Positions 11,748 to 22,700 of a DNA stretch of 64,000 nucleotides are shown here, piece after piece. The stretch is from a bacterium (GTDB lineage: Bacteria > Zhuqueibacterota > Zhuqueibacteria > Residuimicrobiales > Krinioviventaceae). How positions within the stretch are numbered: position 1 is the first letter of the stretch; each line of letters starts with the position of its first letter. A model generated the notes under the pieces. That model was not told the origin of the DNA. It saw nothing but the letters and a program-made list of their open reading frames with translations, and searched no databases. The position numbers and the translations under genes were made by a program. The stretch is from NCBI GenBank assembly GCA_963693055.1, contig OY843751.1, positions 2,752,001-2,816,000 of the forward strand, read 5' to 3'.

Positions 11748-12503
11748 ATGCAGCCCTTAATCGTTATTTTTGTTTTATTGGTATTGTTGCTTTCAAGTGC
11801 TGTCAAGGTTTTTCGTGAATATGAGCGAGGAGTTATTTTTCGATTAGGCCGTCTGGTAGGAGACAAGGGACCAGGAATTTTCTTTGTAATTCCAATTGTT
11901 GACCGTGTTGTCAAGGTCAGCCTGAGAATCATCACATTAGACGTTCCTACACAAGATATTATTACCAAAGACAATGTTTCCATTAAAGTTAATGCTGTTA
12001 TTTTGTACAGGGTATTGGATCCCAGCCGTGCAATTGTTGAAGTTGAAGATTTTCTTTATGCAACTTCACAACTTGCCCAAACAACATTGCGAAGCATATT
12101 GGGTCAGGCAGAGTTGGATGAATTGTTGTCGGAAAGAGATAAAATAAATCATGAATTGCAAAAAATTATTGATCAACAAACAGATCCATGGGGTATCAAA
12201 GTAGTAACAGTTGAAGTCAAACACGTTGATCTCCCCTTGGATATGCAGCGGGCCATGGCAAAACAGGCAGAAGCCGAACGTGAAAGACGGGCTAAAATCA
12301 TTCATGCCAAGGGTGAATTTCAAGCTGCAGAAACGCTGGCCAGTGCAGCAGAGATTATTGCCAAGCACCCGCAGGCGTTGCAGTTGAGGTATCTGCAAAC
12401 ATTGTCTGAAATAGCTTCCGAGAACAATTCTACAACAATTTTCCCTTTACCCATCGATATGATGAAGCCCTTTTTTAACATGAACAATGATTATAACAAA
12501 TAA
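11748..12503 (+). CDS. SPFH/stomatin (slipin) family protein
   Basis: [42 protein letters not shown]. Confidence 0.93.
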   Translation: MQPLIVIFVLLVLLLSSAVKVFREYERGVIFRLGRLVGDKGPGIFFVIPIVDRVVKVSLRIITLDVPTQDIITKDNVSIKVNAVILYRVLDPSRAIVEVEDFLYATSQLAQTTLRSILGQAELDELLSERDKINHELQKIIDQQTDPWGIKVVTVEVKHVDLPLDMQRAMAKQAEAERERRAKIIHAKGEFQAAETLASAAEIIAKHPQALQLRYLQTLSEIASENNSTTIFPLPIDMMKPFFNMNNDYNK

Positions 12504-12586
12504 AAAAAAACGGATTTTTATCCGCTTTTTTGAATACATTTTCACTTTGATGCATCTAAATTAGATAACTAACAATGGAGACGTAC

Positions 12587-12763
12587 GTGGATAACGATAC
12601 AGTACAGCTAATTTTATTTTTCGTCATTTGGATCGCATTACAAAAATATATTTTCCCTAAATTGGGTATTCCTACTTGAATGTCCGGGGCCTGCGATCTT
12701 CCGGCGGAAGATGAGAAAAAAGTAAAATACAAAGATGTAAACCTTTTAGAGGAAAAAGAATAG
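12587..12763 (+). CDS. Small membrane protein, probable selenoprotein (in-frame TGA at 12677)
   Basis: GGAG RBS then GTG start; MDNDTVQLILFFVIWIALQKYIFPKLGIPT-TGA-MSGACDLPAEDEKKVKYKDVNLLEEKE; TAG ends 1 nt before the next ATG; hairpin at 12696-12712. Confidence 0.6.
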
Positions 12764-12764
12764 T

Positions 12765-12992
12765 ATGCCTATCTATGAGTACAGATGCAACGCGTGTGGA
12801 CATGTTTTTGAAGAGTTTCAAAATATTGGTGCCAGTGGAAAGGACTTGGATTGTCCTTCTTGTGGTTCACCGGCTCCAGACAAACTATTTTCAGCATTTG
12901 CTTCGAGTGGAAATGGTGGTACAAGTTTCTCAACCGGCAGTTCAAGTGCTGGTTCATCTGGCTGCAGCAGTGGTTTTGGTTGAGGTTTTTAA
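12765..12992 (+). CDS. FmdB-family zinc-ribbon protein, possible C-terminal Sec (TGA at 12981, TAA at 12990)
   Basis: MPIYEYRCxxC...CPxCG and a Gly/Ser tail ending CSSGFG-TGA-GF-TAA; ends at 12983 if TGA is a stop. Confidence 0.8.
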
Positions 12993-13051
12993 TAAAAGGC
13001 AGTTTGTCTTTAAATTGTACTTGATTTTGTACATGTCTATTTATACATTTG

Positions 13052-13078
13052 AACGGCAAGGTTAAACTTGCCGTTTTT
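13052..13078 (+). terminator. Intrinsic terminator after the fmdB-like gene
   Basis: AACGGCAAG-GTTAAA-CTTGCCGTT followed by T run. Confidence 0.6.
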
Positions 13079-13098
13079 ATATGAATGCATGAGAAAAT

Positions 13099-14469
13099 AT
13101 GAAAAGAACAGCAAACAAAATAATTGTAATTGGAGGTAACGATTCCGGCCTAAGTGCTGCGGGTAGAGCAAAGCGATTGCAGCCGGACCTTGACATTACT
13201 GTGTTTGAACGTTCACCGCATATTGGCTATGCATCATGTGCACTTCCATATATGATTTCAGGGGCGATAACTACTCCTCAGCTTGCTGGTCATTCACCAC
13301 AGGAAATACGGGATAAAAGACAGTTAAATGTACATAATCATACTGCTGTAAATGCTATTAATACTTTAAAAAAAACTGTTATCGCTCAGGACTTGCAATC
13401 TGGCAATGTTCAGGAATTCAAGTACGACAAGCTTTTATTTGCCACAGGGGCAGATCCGGTAATTCCAACACCTTTAAATTCTAATCACAAGAATGTTTTT
13501 GTATTACGAAATTATAATGATGCTTTAAAGCTCAAATCGCATATGGATTCATACAATCCCAAAACAGCGGTTATTGTGGGTGGCAGTTATATTGGTATTG
13601 AAATGGCAGAGGCGCTATACCAAAAAGGATTAAATGTAACTGTAATTGATAAAGCCCCGCAATTATTCTCTGGGCTGGTTGAACCATTATCTAAAGATCT
13701 TCAAGCATTACTTGAATCAAAAGGTGTTAATTTTCTAATTAGCAACTCGATCCAGTCCTTAAATGAGGATAATGGTTTTGTAAAAAGTTTACAATTAGAA
13801 AAAAGCAAGATAGTAACTCCTGATATTATCATTGCTGCCGCAGGAATCAAGCCGGCCACTCGTATTGCAACCGATGCTGGTATACCTGTCGGACCTTCCG
13901 GAGCGTTGATCGTAAATGATTATATGCAAACTCGCAGGATGGATGTGTTTGCTGTTGGTGATTGTGTAGAGACCCGTAATCTGGTTACAAACAAAATGCA
14001 ATGGATTCCACTTGCAGGTATTGCTTCAAAACAAGGGCGCATAGCAGGAACGAATCTTGCAGGCAAACGTGAAGCATTCCCCGGAGCGCTAGGCACAGCA
14101 ATGATTAAGGCGTTTGGTGTAGAGTTTGGTTTAACGGGTTTAAATGTGCATCAGGCAAAACAAGCCGGATTCGACCCCGTTTTATCAAGCATAAATCACA
14201 AAAACAAGCCGCCATATGTCTCGGGTTCAGCAGATGTATCTGTTCATTTAATAACCGATCGTAAATCAAGCAGGATATTGGGTGGTCAGGTTTGGGGAAC
14301 AAACGACGCTGCAATGCGTCTAAATATACTGGCCGTTGCTATAACAGCCGGGATGAAATCACGAGATCTGGAATTTATGGATTTTGGTTATACACCCATG
14401 ATCTCGAATATTTGGGAACCTTTGTCAGTTGCTGGCAATCGTGCACAAAAAAATGAGGTAATAAAATGA
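13099..14469 (+). CDS. CoA-disulfide reductase/NADH oxidase-like flavoprotein
   Basis: N-terminal FAD fold, single redox Cys in GYASCALPY, ATGA, GGSYIGIEMAE, AVGDC, and C-terminal dimerisation YTP motif. Confidence 0.85.
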   Translation: MKRTANKIIVIGGNDSGLSAAGRAKRLQPDLDITVFERSPHIGYASCALPYMISGAITTPQLAGHSPQEIRDKRQLNVHNHTAVNAINTLKKTVIAQDLQSGNVQEFKYDKLLFATGADPVIPTPLNSNHKNVFVLRNYNDALKLKSHMDSYNPKTAVIVGGSYIGIEMAEALYQKGLNVTVIDKAPQLFSGLVEPLSKDLQALLESKGVNFLISNSIQSLNEDNGFVKSLQLEKSKIVTPDIIIAAAGIKPATRIATDAGIPVGPSGALIVNDYMQTRRMDVFAVGDCVETRNLVTNKMQWIPLAGIASKQGRIAGTNLAGKREAFPGALGTAMIKAFGVEFGLTGLNVHQAKQAGFDPVLSSINHKNKPPYVSGSADVSVHLITDRKSSRILGGQVWGTNDAAMRLNILAVAITAGMKSRDLEFMDFGYTPMISNIWEPLSVAGNRAQKNEVIK

Positions 14470-14669
14470 AGAGAAATATTGTAAAAATGAGTATAGGTGC
14501 CGCAATTGGAGGTGCACTTGGCTTTGCTTATTATTATTTTATTGGATGTAAATCCGGTAGTTGTCCATTAACCGGAAATCCTTATATAAGTTCACTTTAT
14601 GGTGCAGCTATGGGATTATTATTAACCATGCCTGGTACCAAAAGGACTGAAACTAATCAAGAATCATAA
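14466..14669 (+). CDS. Small membrane protein with GCxxGxCP motif (DUF6132-like)
   Basis: YYYFIGCKSGSCPLTGNP between two TM segments. Confidence 0.75.
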   Translation: MKRNIVKMSIGAAIGGALGFAYYYFIGCKSGSCPLTGNPYISSLYGAAMGLLLTMPGTKRTETNQES

Positions 14670-14691
14670 TATTTGAACAACAGAGGAGAGT

Positions 14692-15819
14692 ATGCGGAAT
14701 TTATCTATCCTGATTATTTTGGTTTTATATGTCGTACCGGTTACTATTGCACAAAACATTTCTACTGTTCAGGATTGTAATTCCTGTCATACGCAAACTT
14801 TTAAACAATGGTCTAAATCGAGGCATGCCAAATCTGCAGCTGTTAACAGTCCCATCTACAAAGCAATGCTCAATACCCGTACAACTGAGAATATTAAAGC
14901 GTGTCAAACATGTCATGAACCCGTTGCCGCACTTGATCAAACCGGATTTGTTTCAAAATCACTGGTAAATCAAGGCGTAAATTGCGATGTATGTCATGCT
15001 TTCAAAGTTGAAGAAAAACATAAAAAATTAGAATTTGTTCCAGTAGAGGGTAATAAAAAGCTGGGTCCTTATGATGATGCAATTTCAACTATGCACCAGC
15101 ACGAATATTCAAAAGTTCTGAGTGATTCAAAATCATGCATTGTGTGTCATAATAACCGGCAAAATCCTCATGGAGTAGGTTTTATTGATACGGAAGCTGA
15201 ATGGAAAAAATCAGAATATTATAAAAATGATATAGAATGTCAGGATTGCCACCTTCCCGCAATTAGCGGTAAAACAGCTGAACTCGGAAAAATTCGTGAT
15301 AAAGTTTACAGCCATCGATTTTGGGGTGGTTTTAACAAAGAAATGATCCAAAACAGCATTTCTCTTGATCTGGATGTTAATAAAGTTGGCAATCAATTTG
15401 AGTTATTGGCAACTTTGGAGAATTTAACCGCAGGTCACAATATACCAACCGGTTCACCTTTGCGGATGCTCGTGCTTTTAATAGAAGCTCATGATGATCT
15501 TGGCCAAACTGTATGGAAAAATTACTATTATAATCCCATTAAAGAGTCACCCAAGTCAGTATTTATGAAATTGCTAAAAAATGGTAACGGAGAAAGTCCT
15601 GCCTTTCCATGGGAAGCAGCAGGAGAGGTTTTTGACAGCCGCCTTGAACCCCAAAAAGAGAAAATTGTCAAATATCAAATACCTGCCGCAAATATACAAT
15701 CTATTAAAGCAACCCTTGAATACCATATTGCTCCACCACCATTATTGAGAATTATGGGAATTGTGGACGATGATTTTAAAAGCAAGCCAATTGCAACTGC
15801 ATTTTATCGGATCGACTAG
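14692..15819 (+). CDS. Multiheme c-type cytochrome (5 CxxCH)
   Basis: Signal peptide; CNSCH, CQTCH, CDVCH, CIVCH, CQDCH; AGHNIPTG motif. Confidence 0.9.
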   Translation: MRNLSILIILVLYVVPVTIAQNISTVQDCNSCHTQTFKQWSKSRHAKSAAVNSPIYKAMLNTRTTENIKACQTCHEPVAALDQTGFVSKSLVNQGVNCDVCHAFKVEEKHKKLEFVPVEGNKKLGPYDDAISTMHQHEYSKVLSDSKSCIVCHNNRQNPHGVGFIDTEAEWKKSEYYKNDIECQDCHLPAISGKTAELGKIRDKVYSHRFWGGFNKEMIQNSISLDLDVNKVGNQFELLATLENLTAGHNIPTGSPLRMLVLLIEAHDDLGQTVWKNYYYNPIKESPKSVFMKLLKNGNGESPAFPWEAAGEVFDSRLEPQKEKIVKYQIPAANIQSIKATLEYHIAPPPLLRIMGIVDDDFKSKPIATAFYRID

Positions 15820-15838
15820 TTTAAAAGTTGTAAATATT

Positions 15839-15872
15839 AAAAAAGCCCTTGAAATTCTTCAAGGGCTTTTTT
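15839..15872. terminator. Bidirectional intrinsic terminator
   Basis: AAAAGCCCTTGAA/TTCAAGGGCTTTT between convergent genes. Confidence 0.85.
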
Positions 15873-15876
15873 GTTT

Positions 15877-18249
15877 TTAATGACTCAGTTGTAACCTAAT
15901 GATAAAATTCCTTCCAGGCTCTATAGTAACTAAACCCCGGTTTGTTGATAAATGATTCCGATAGCTGTTGTTGGTTATGTTTTCTATTCCAGCGAGCAAA
16001 TAGCTTGTGAATGTTAACCAATGAAAATGATTCGTCCGAAGGTAGGCATTGTAATAAGCATAACCCTCAGTTTCAGTTTCCCAATCTGCAATTTGATCCT
16101 GTTTTCCATACAAGTTGGCTACCAATTCATAATTGATCAGCTTGAGACTACCGGTAGCGCCCAGCTTTCCATTAATTGGTGGTACAAGGGGAAGGGGAGT
16201 ATCGTTATATGTATCTTGTCCATGAACATACGCAACATTACCAAAGACAGAGAACAATCTATTAAAGGTATAGGCTGTTTGAGCTTCAATACCATACAAT
16301 TCAGCTTTACCAACATTGGTTTTATACAAGGCATTTTTACCCTCAAATGTTCCGGGTGATTCAACAACAAGATTAGTCATATTGTTATAAAACACATCTG
16401 TACTGAATGTAAAACGGTCCTTCCATATACGCAAACCCGCGTTTACAAAATTGCCCTGCTCCGGTTCAAGATCAGGATTACCAATCTTGACCAAACTTCC
16501 CTGATCTATATATTGATAGCGTTCTTCCAGGTATGGAGAGCGGAATGCTTTGCCCAGCGAAAGGGCAAGATCAAAATCAGGAAGCAAGTGATACAATAAC
16601 CCCAAATTGCCACTCCATGACTGATCACCAGCACTGGTTGCATTCCATAAAACGGTTTGATTAGCAGGAGCATCATTCCTTACGCCATCAACAATTTGGT
16701 ATAGAGGATTTAATACTTGCTCATTTTCAACATTTATTTTGTCATAGCGTCCGCCAATAGAAATATCCAGTTTTTTAGCTAATGTAAATTCATCCTGTGC
16801 ATAAACACCAATACTACGGTACCATGCATCAGGCAGTGGTTGTTCACCAACAACCTGAGAAATGCTTTTAATTATCGTATCATTAGGGCTTAATACATCT
16901 ATTCTTATATTTTTCTCTCTGTGACTGGAGAGGTCTTTTTGCCAGGCATCAATACCTGCAACCAGATGATTGTTTCCATTAAAAATCCAATCCGATTGAA
17001 GCTGAACGCCTTGCGTTTCATGTAATGCACCCGGTGTTACGCTCAGTACGTTGGCATTTTTTGCAGGTGAACCTTCAGAAGCAGGAATATGATTCACAAT
17101 ATAAGGCTCGTTTATAACTTCGCGTACAATATCCTGTTTGAAATATTTCAAAGAAAGACTAGAGAGTGCTTTGCGTTGAAAATGAGCGGTATATTTAGCG
17201 CTCAGCATTTCCCGTTCTTCTTCAGGATAGGTAACTGTAGCATTTGAAGGAAATACAGGATAGGCACCTGGGATTCCAACATCTTGCGCGTAAAATTTTT
17301 GATAATTGACGTTTATTTCATGATTGATGAATGGGCGAATTCCCAGCTTGACACTGGTATTTTCATCATGGAATTGTGAATTGGGGATTATGCCTTCAGG
17401 CGTATCCACATCATCGGCATTTCTGGCCATACCACTCAGACGCAAATACCACTTTGAAGCACCTGCTGTGATTGCCGCCTGGCCAATACCGCTGTTATTT
17501 ACACTTGAATAGCCACCTGTGAGTTGTTCTTTGATATAAAATTGATCGCTGTACCAGCCATTTTGTGTCAAAATGTTTACAACACCACCAATAGCACCGG
17601 TACCATAAAGTGAAGAGGCTGCACCTTTAATAACCTCTATTTGCTCAACATCATTTATGTCTATCATGGACATGGCTGCTGCCATATCAGTTGCGGTATC
17701 AACACGATTGCCGTCAATTAAAAATACAACATTATTTCGACTAAGACCACGCAAGGCAACATGGCTCCCCCAGGCGCCATCTTTGGAAATTGACAATCCG
17801 GGTTCACGATCCATTGCGTTTGAAATATCAATGGGTGAGGTTTCCTGAATTCGCTGCTTTCCTACAACACTCATGGGCTGTGCAACGTCTTTGATCTCTT
17901 TTTCATAGCGGGAAGAGGTTACAACAACCTGGCTGCCTGAAAGTGTTTCAGCTTTAAGCTGAATATCAAGCCTTATGTTTTTGGTTGTTTCTATTCTTAC
18001 TTTTTTGGTTTGTTTCTTGTAACCAATATGTGAAAATGTGATCTCGTACAATTCTCCGTTATCCAGAAAAAGTTCATAATCACCCTTGGTATTACTAATT
18101 GCACCCTTGTCACTATTCTGAATTTGAACATTTACATTTTTTAAAACCTGACCATTTTCCATATCTGTTATAGTGCCATCAAGTTTAACAGTTTGAGAAA
18201 ATACTATAGTGGAAAATACAACAATTATGAACACAATTAAGCGCTTCAT
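15877..18249 (-). CDS. TonB-dependent receptor (heme/metal-chelate type)
   Basis: CarboxypepD-like N-domain, plug motif IEVIKGAASSLYGTGAIGGVVNI, NPDLEPE, C-terminal PGRNF. Confidence 0.9.
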   Translation of the reverse strand: MKRLIVFIIVVFSTIVFSQTVKLDGTITDMENGQVLKNVNVQIQNSDKGAISNTKGDYELFLDNGELYEITFSHIGYKKQTKKVRIETTKNIRLDIQLKAETLSGSQVVVTSSRYEKEIKDVAQPMSVVGKQRIQETSPIDISNAMDREPGLSISKDGAWGSHVALRGLSRNNVVFLIDGNRVDTATDMAAAMSMIDINDVEQIEVIKGAASSLYGTGAIGGVVNILTQNGWYSDQFYIKEQLTGGYSSVNNSGIGQAAITAGASKWYLRLSGMARNADDVDTPEGIIPNSQFHDENTSVKLGIRPFINHEINVNYQKFYAQDVGIPGAYPVFPSNATVTYPEEEREMLSAKYTAHFQRKALSSLSLKYFKQDIVREVINEPYIVNHIPASEGSPAKNANVLSVTPGALHETQGVQLQSDWIFNGNNHLVAGIDAWQKDLSSHREKNIRIDVLSPNDTIIKSISQVVGEQPLPDAWYRSIGVYAQDEFTLAKKLDISIGGRYDKINVENEQVLNPLYQIVDGVRNDAPANQTVLWNATSAGDQSWSGNLGLLYHLLPDFDLALSLGKAFRSPYLEERYQYIDQGSLVKIGNPDLEPEQGNFVNAGLRIWKDRFTFSTDVFYNNMTNLVVESPGTFEGKNALYKTNVGKAELYGIEAQTAYTFNRLFSVFGNVAYVHGQDTYNDTPLPLVPPINGKLGATGSLKLINYELVANLYGKQDQIADWETETEGYAYYNAYLRTNHFHWLTFTSYLLAGIENITNNSYRNHLSTNRGLVTIEPGRNFIIRLQLSH

Positions 18250-18301
18250 GAGAGAGTTCCTTTCATAAATGTAAAAAAAATTTCAATTTTAATAATTACG
18301 G

Positions 18302-18565
18302 TTACGATTCTTTTGCAAAAGCAGATTTGACTGTTACATTTGGTATTTGACCTATCCTTCCGGTCATTGCACCAATTTCATCAGTACTACCTTCTACAAT
18401 AAGTGAGATAATTGAAAGATTTCGTTCACGATAAGGTAAACCCAGTCTACCTATTATAGTGGACGAGTAATCATGAAGTATTGTGTTGAGGGGTTGATAG
18501 GCAGTATTTTGATCATTTACAATGATCGCAATAACACCCAGTCTGCGGTTGTCTTGTGTTGGCAT
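18302..18565 (-). CDS. TM1266-family ACT/NikR-C-like regulator
   Basis: RLGVIAIIV...IIGRLGLPY...ISLIVEG...GRIGQIPNVTVKS. Confidence 0.8.
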   Translation of the reverse strand: MPTQDNRRLGVIAIIVNDQNTAYQPLNTILHDYSSTIIGRLGLPYRERNLSIISLIVEGSTDEIGAMTGRIGQIPNVTVKSAFAKES

Positions 18566-18616
18566 TTTTCCTCCATGTCAGGAACAAGTCCCTTCATTTA
18601 AGATGAATGATTTATG

Positions 18617-18841
18617 TTAGAATGGTGAAACGGTTATCCGTTTTGCCATACCGCGTCCAATGGCGTATTCACTATTATCACTTGAAATAATAATAGGACC
18701 ACCCAAGGGACCGCTACGGACTACTGAAATTGTATCACCAATATTGATTCCCATATTGCGTAATCTTGATGAAAAATTTTTACCGCCTTGAATTTCCTTT
18801 ATTACAACTTTAGTGCCGGCATTAACCTGATCTAAGCTCAT
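18617..18841 (-). CDS. feoA: FeoA-family protein
   Basis: RLRNMGI, GPLGGPI and YAIGRGMAKRI; 74 aa. Confidence 0.88.
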   Translation of the reverse strand: MSLDQVNAGTKVVIKEIQGGKNFSSRLRNMGINIGDTISVVRSGPLGGPIIISSDNSEYAIGRGMAKRITVSPF

Positions 18842-18932
18842 ATTTAACTACTTTATAATTTTGCAATAGTTAACTTACGAATTTTAAAGCTAATTTTCAA
18901 CTGTTTTTTAATCTGCTCAAAATGAATAAATC

Positions 18933-18961
18933 TTGACTATGTTGTATCGATTCTATATATT
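18933..18961 (+). promoter_or_regulatory. Sigma70-like promoter
   Basis: TTGACT-17 bp-TATATT, 32 bp before ATG 18993. Confidence 0.55.
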
Positions 18962-18992
18962 CAAATGATTTAAATCAATCAAGGCAATATAT

Positions 18993-19622
18993 ATGAAAAA
19001 GATTGTTTACTTTTTGATGCTCATCATGCTAATAGGATGCAAGGTTTCTAACCTTGAAATCAAAAATGCTTTTTCAAAACATGAAATTTCAATCATGTTA
19101 TTACCGGATGAGCAATTGTTCCTTGCCAAAGATACATTGCAAATTGAATACCAGGGGAATACAAACGAACTTTATTTTTATTTAAATTCATTATTGACAG
19201 TTAAAAAAATTGAAATTGGTAAACAGATTATTGATTTTGAATTGGTTCATACACCAATTGAATTTGAATTACCAACCAAAGACTCTTTATTGTACAAGAT
19301 TAATTTGCCCACATCTCTTTTTCCAAATTCAATTAATATTTGGTACAAAGGTTCGTATCCAATAGTTAGGGAACAATTGGTATTTGGTAACATTCAAGAT
19401 AATACAATGCTGCTTGATGGTAGAAATTGTTGGTACCCGTTTACTCCGAATAATAAATCAGTTTTTACTGTTAAAGCATTAACAATGGATAGAGACAGCA
19501 CCATGACTTGTAATGCAAACCTTGTTTGCATGGAAAAAAATGATTTATGTCTCATGAGTTACTGGGAACAAACCGAGCCAATAAGCTATTTGGATTTTTA
19601 TTTACCCGGGAATGAACAATAA
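18993..19622 (+). CDS. Hypothetical lipoprotein resembling the N-terminal beta domain of M1 peptidases
   Basis: Lipobox LIGC; LYFYLN..L.V, I.Y.G and WYP pattern; no HExxH. Confidence 0.5.
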   Translation: MKKIVYFLMLIMLIGCKVSNLEIKNAFSKHEISIMLLPDEQLFLAKDTLQIEYQGNTNELYFYLNSLLTVKKIEIGKQIIDFELVHTPIEFELPTKDSLLYKINLPTSLFPNSINIWYKGSYPIVREQLVFGNIQDNTMLLDGRNCWYPFTPNNKSVFTVKALTMDRDSTMTCNANLVCMEKNDLCLMSYWEQTEPISYLDFYLPGNEQ

Positions 19623-19766
19623 AAAATGTATTCAAGAGATTTTAAAAATCTCATTATTTATTGCTACACCTATTTCATTCAAATAATACAATTTAAAAAT
19701 TACATATTCTGCACAACCAGTAAATTTTGAGTAGTTATTAATGACATGTAATCCTATCACAACAAA

Positions 19767-22700
19767 ATGAGGGCAAAATTGAAAAAACTATTTCTAGTAG
19801 TTATGATATTTTATAGTACCTGCTTATTTGGTTTGGATGTACAGGGTACCATAGAGTCAGATGTAACCTGGACTGCTGCTAATTCACCATATAATTTTAC
19901 CGGTGATGTATACGTTCAATCCTCCACACTGACAATAGATGAAAATGTTGTTGTTAATTTAAATGGTAACAATTTATATGTTACCTATAAATATATTGGT
20001 GATGGTGTTTATGAAACTTATCCTGGAAAATTAAATGCGACAAATGTAGAATTTAATAGTAGTGCTTCATCTCAATCTACTTTGATTTTTGATGGTCATA
20101 AATATGATGGAACAATTTACCATGCTGATGGAACCCTAACAAATTGTACATTTGTTAATGTAAAAATTGATATTCAAAAATATTCAAAACCTTCACTCAT
20201 TTCTTGTGCTTTGACGGGTGCAAACGCCACTGCTGCAATTACTGCTCAAAATGGAAGCTTTCCCACAATACAACAATGCACTATTTCCAATTACACTTTT
20301 CCCATGAGTATTATTTCAGGCAGCCAGCCGGTTTTGGTAAATAATAATTTTACGGGCTGTTTGAATGAAAAAATATTGCTTTCAGGGGATTTTACTCAAA
20401 GGTTATATATAAACCAGGAATATATAGAGTTGAGTGATAATTATACGCTGCCCAATAATGGATACACCTATGTACTGTTGGACGATATTAATATTAAAGG
20501 TGTAAAATTTACAATTGCTTCCGGTAATGTTTTAGAACTGGATGGTAATTCAATTTTTGTAAATTATATCTTGTATTCACAGGAAAACGAGTTGTTTACC
20601 AGCCAGCTTTTAGCAGATGATGTTTCATTTGTTGGGGATGGTGATCTTTTATCTACCATAGAGTTTGAAGGATACCGGCTCGACGATATTAACTACTGGA
20701 CCTATGGAACATTGAACAACTGTGATTTTGATAAAGTACAGATCAAAAGTTCCTGGTATTCCAGTCCCAATATCACAAATTCAACGTTTGTGTCTAACCT
20801 TGATGGCGTTGCAATCTCTTGTGAGCATGGAGGACAACCGGTAATTCTAGGCAATTCCTTTTCAAGTTATTTATATCCCATTGGTGTTTACTCTCATGGC
20901 AATCCAACCATTCAAACCGGCAATACATTTGACTGTATAAATAATTCCATTGCTGTATCAGGTGATTTTAAACCTGTTTATAGTTATAAAAACAACACCC
21001 ATGCGTTCCCAAGTGTTTATACTTTTACCAATTATGATATTCCGTATCAATTAGATGGGGATTTAAATTTATCAGGTAAAAATATATCAATCCCGACGAG
21101 TACAGAATTTAATCTCAATAGCCATAATTTAAATATTCTACCTTTTATTGGTGATGTTGACTATGCTGGAGCTGTAGATATCAACAAAAGTGCATTTACC
21201 AATTTAAATGCATTGGGTACTATTAATATTTATGGTGTTGTAGATAGTGATAATCCTGTTATGGTTAATGTGGATATTGACAGCAGCAGTTTTGAGAATA
21301 TCAGCTTTCATTGTTACCATACTTCTGAACCCCGATTTACAAATAACAGTTTTGATTCTGAATTTTATGGATCTGCCATAGTTACACACTATGGCAGTAG
21401 CCCTGTGATTGATAACAATACCTTTAATGGTTATGATCTTGCATTTGGTATTGAAGGATTTGGTACTCCGGAATTATCCAACAATGATATTGATAATTGC
21501 CAATACCAGGGAATGGGTATATCTGGTGAATTTAAACAACAGTATTATGATTATGATCTCAATACATATTATATCATGTCTGATTCGTTTTACGTGGAAT
21601 CTTTTGGTTATCCCTATTATTTATCAAATGATATGACCGTAAAAGGTTGTACCGTGACATTTGCCCCCGGATTGCAAGTTAATTTAAATGGAAACAATAT
21701 TATAATCAACTATGATTATCTGGATGCATCAACATGTGTTTCTGGGATTTTGTATGCAAATCAGGTGAAATTTGCAAATACTGACGAACAGTTTTCATCC
21801 ATTGAATTGGATGGTACAGAGTATTTGGGTGTGGGGTATTATTCTCAATGTTATATTGAGGAATGTACACTTGAAAATATCAATTTCAATGTACAAAGCT
21901 ATGCGGAACCCCATATTATAAATAACACATTACATGCAAATTCGGGCACTGCTGCAACTTTGAAATTTGGTTCCGGTATTACTCTGCAAAACAATATTAT
22001 CTATGGTTTTGAAAACGGAGTTACAATAGCCAATGAATGTGATCCTTTAATTGAATACAATGATTTTATTGAATTCTCTGGACTTGCGATTAATAATACA
22101 TCCAATTCAGCTATTGATGCTTTTAACAATTATTGGGGGGATCCCAGTGGGCCATCTCACAGCTCGAATCCGGAGGGAGCAGGAGTAAGCATTTCAGATA
22201 ACGTCAATTTTGACCCTTATTCTAACCGCGCAATCAATACATTGCTGCCTGCTGTAGTGATCAATGAAATCATGTACAATCCTGTTGAATCACCCCGCGA
22301 TTCGACTCAATTCATTGAACTTTATAATAGCGATACGGTTGCTGTAGATCTGCAAGGATGGACCATAACCAATTCTGTTGAATTTGAATTTACAGAAGAA
22401 ACAATTATTGAACCCAATGGATATTTGGTAATTGCTGATCATCCACAATCTATTCAAGATTTTTACGGACCGGTAGATAATATACATCGATGGGAATCTG
22501 CAAGCTTTGCAGATAATCAAGGTACAATAACCATATACAATGCTGATGGATTTCTGGTTGATCATGTCTTTTTTGATGCTGCGGATCTGTGGCCTGCAAA
22601 GGCGAACGGTTTGGGACCATCAATGGAACTTGAAGATTATAATATAGATAATAATAGTGCATCAAACTGGTCAGCATCAAATGAAATATTCAATCCATAT

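Noticed and set aside
12528-12562. Possible ECF-sigma promoter (GAATAC...CATCTAA) before the selenoprotein candidate
   Set aside because: The match is too loose to support in AT-rich DNA.
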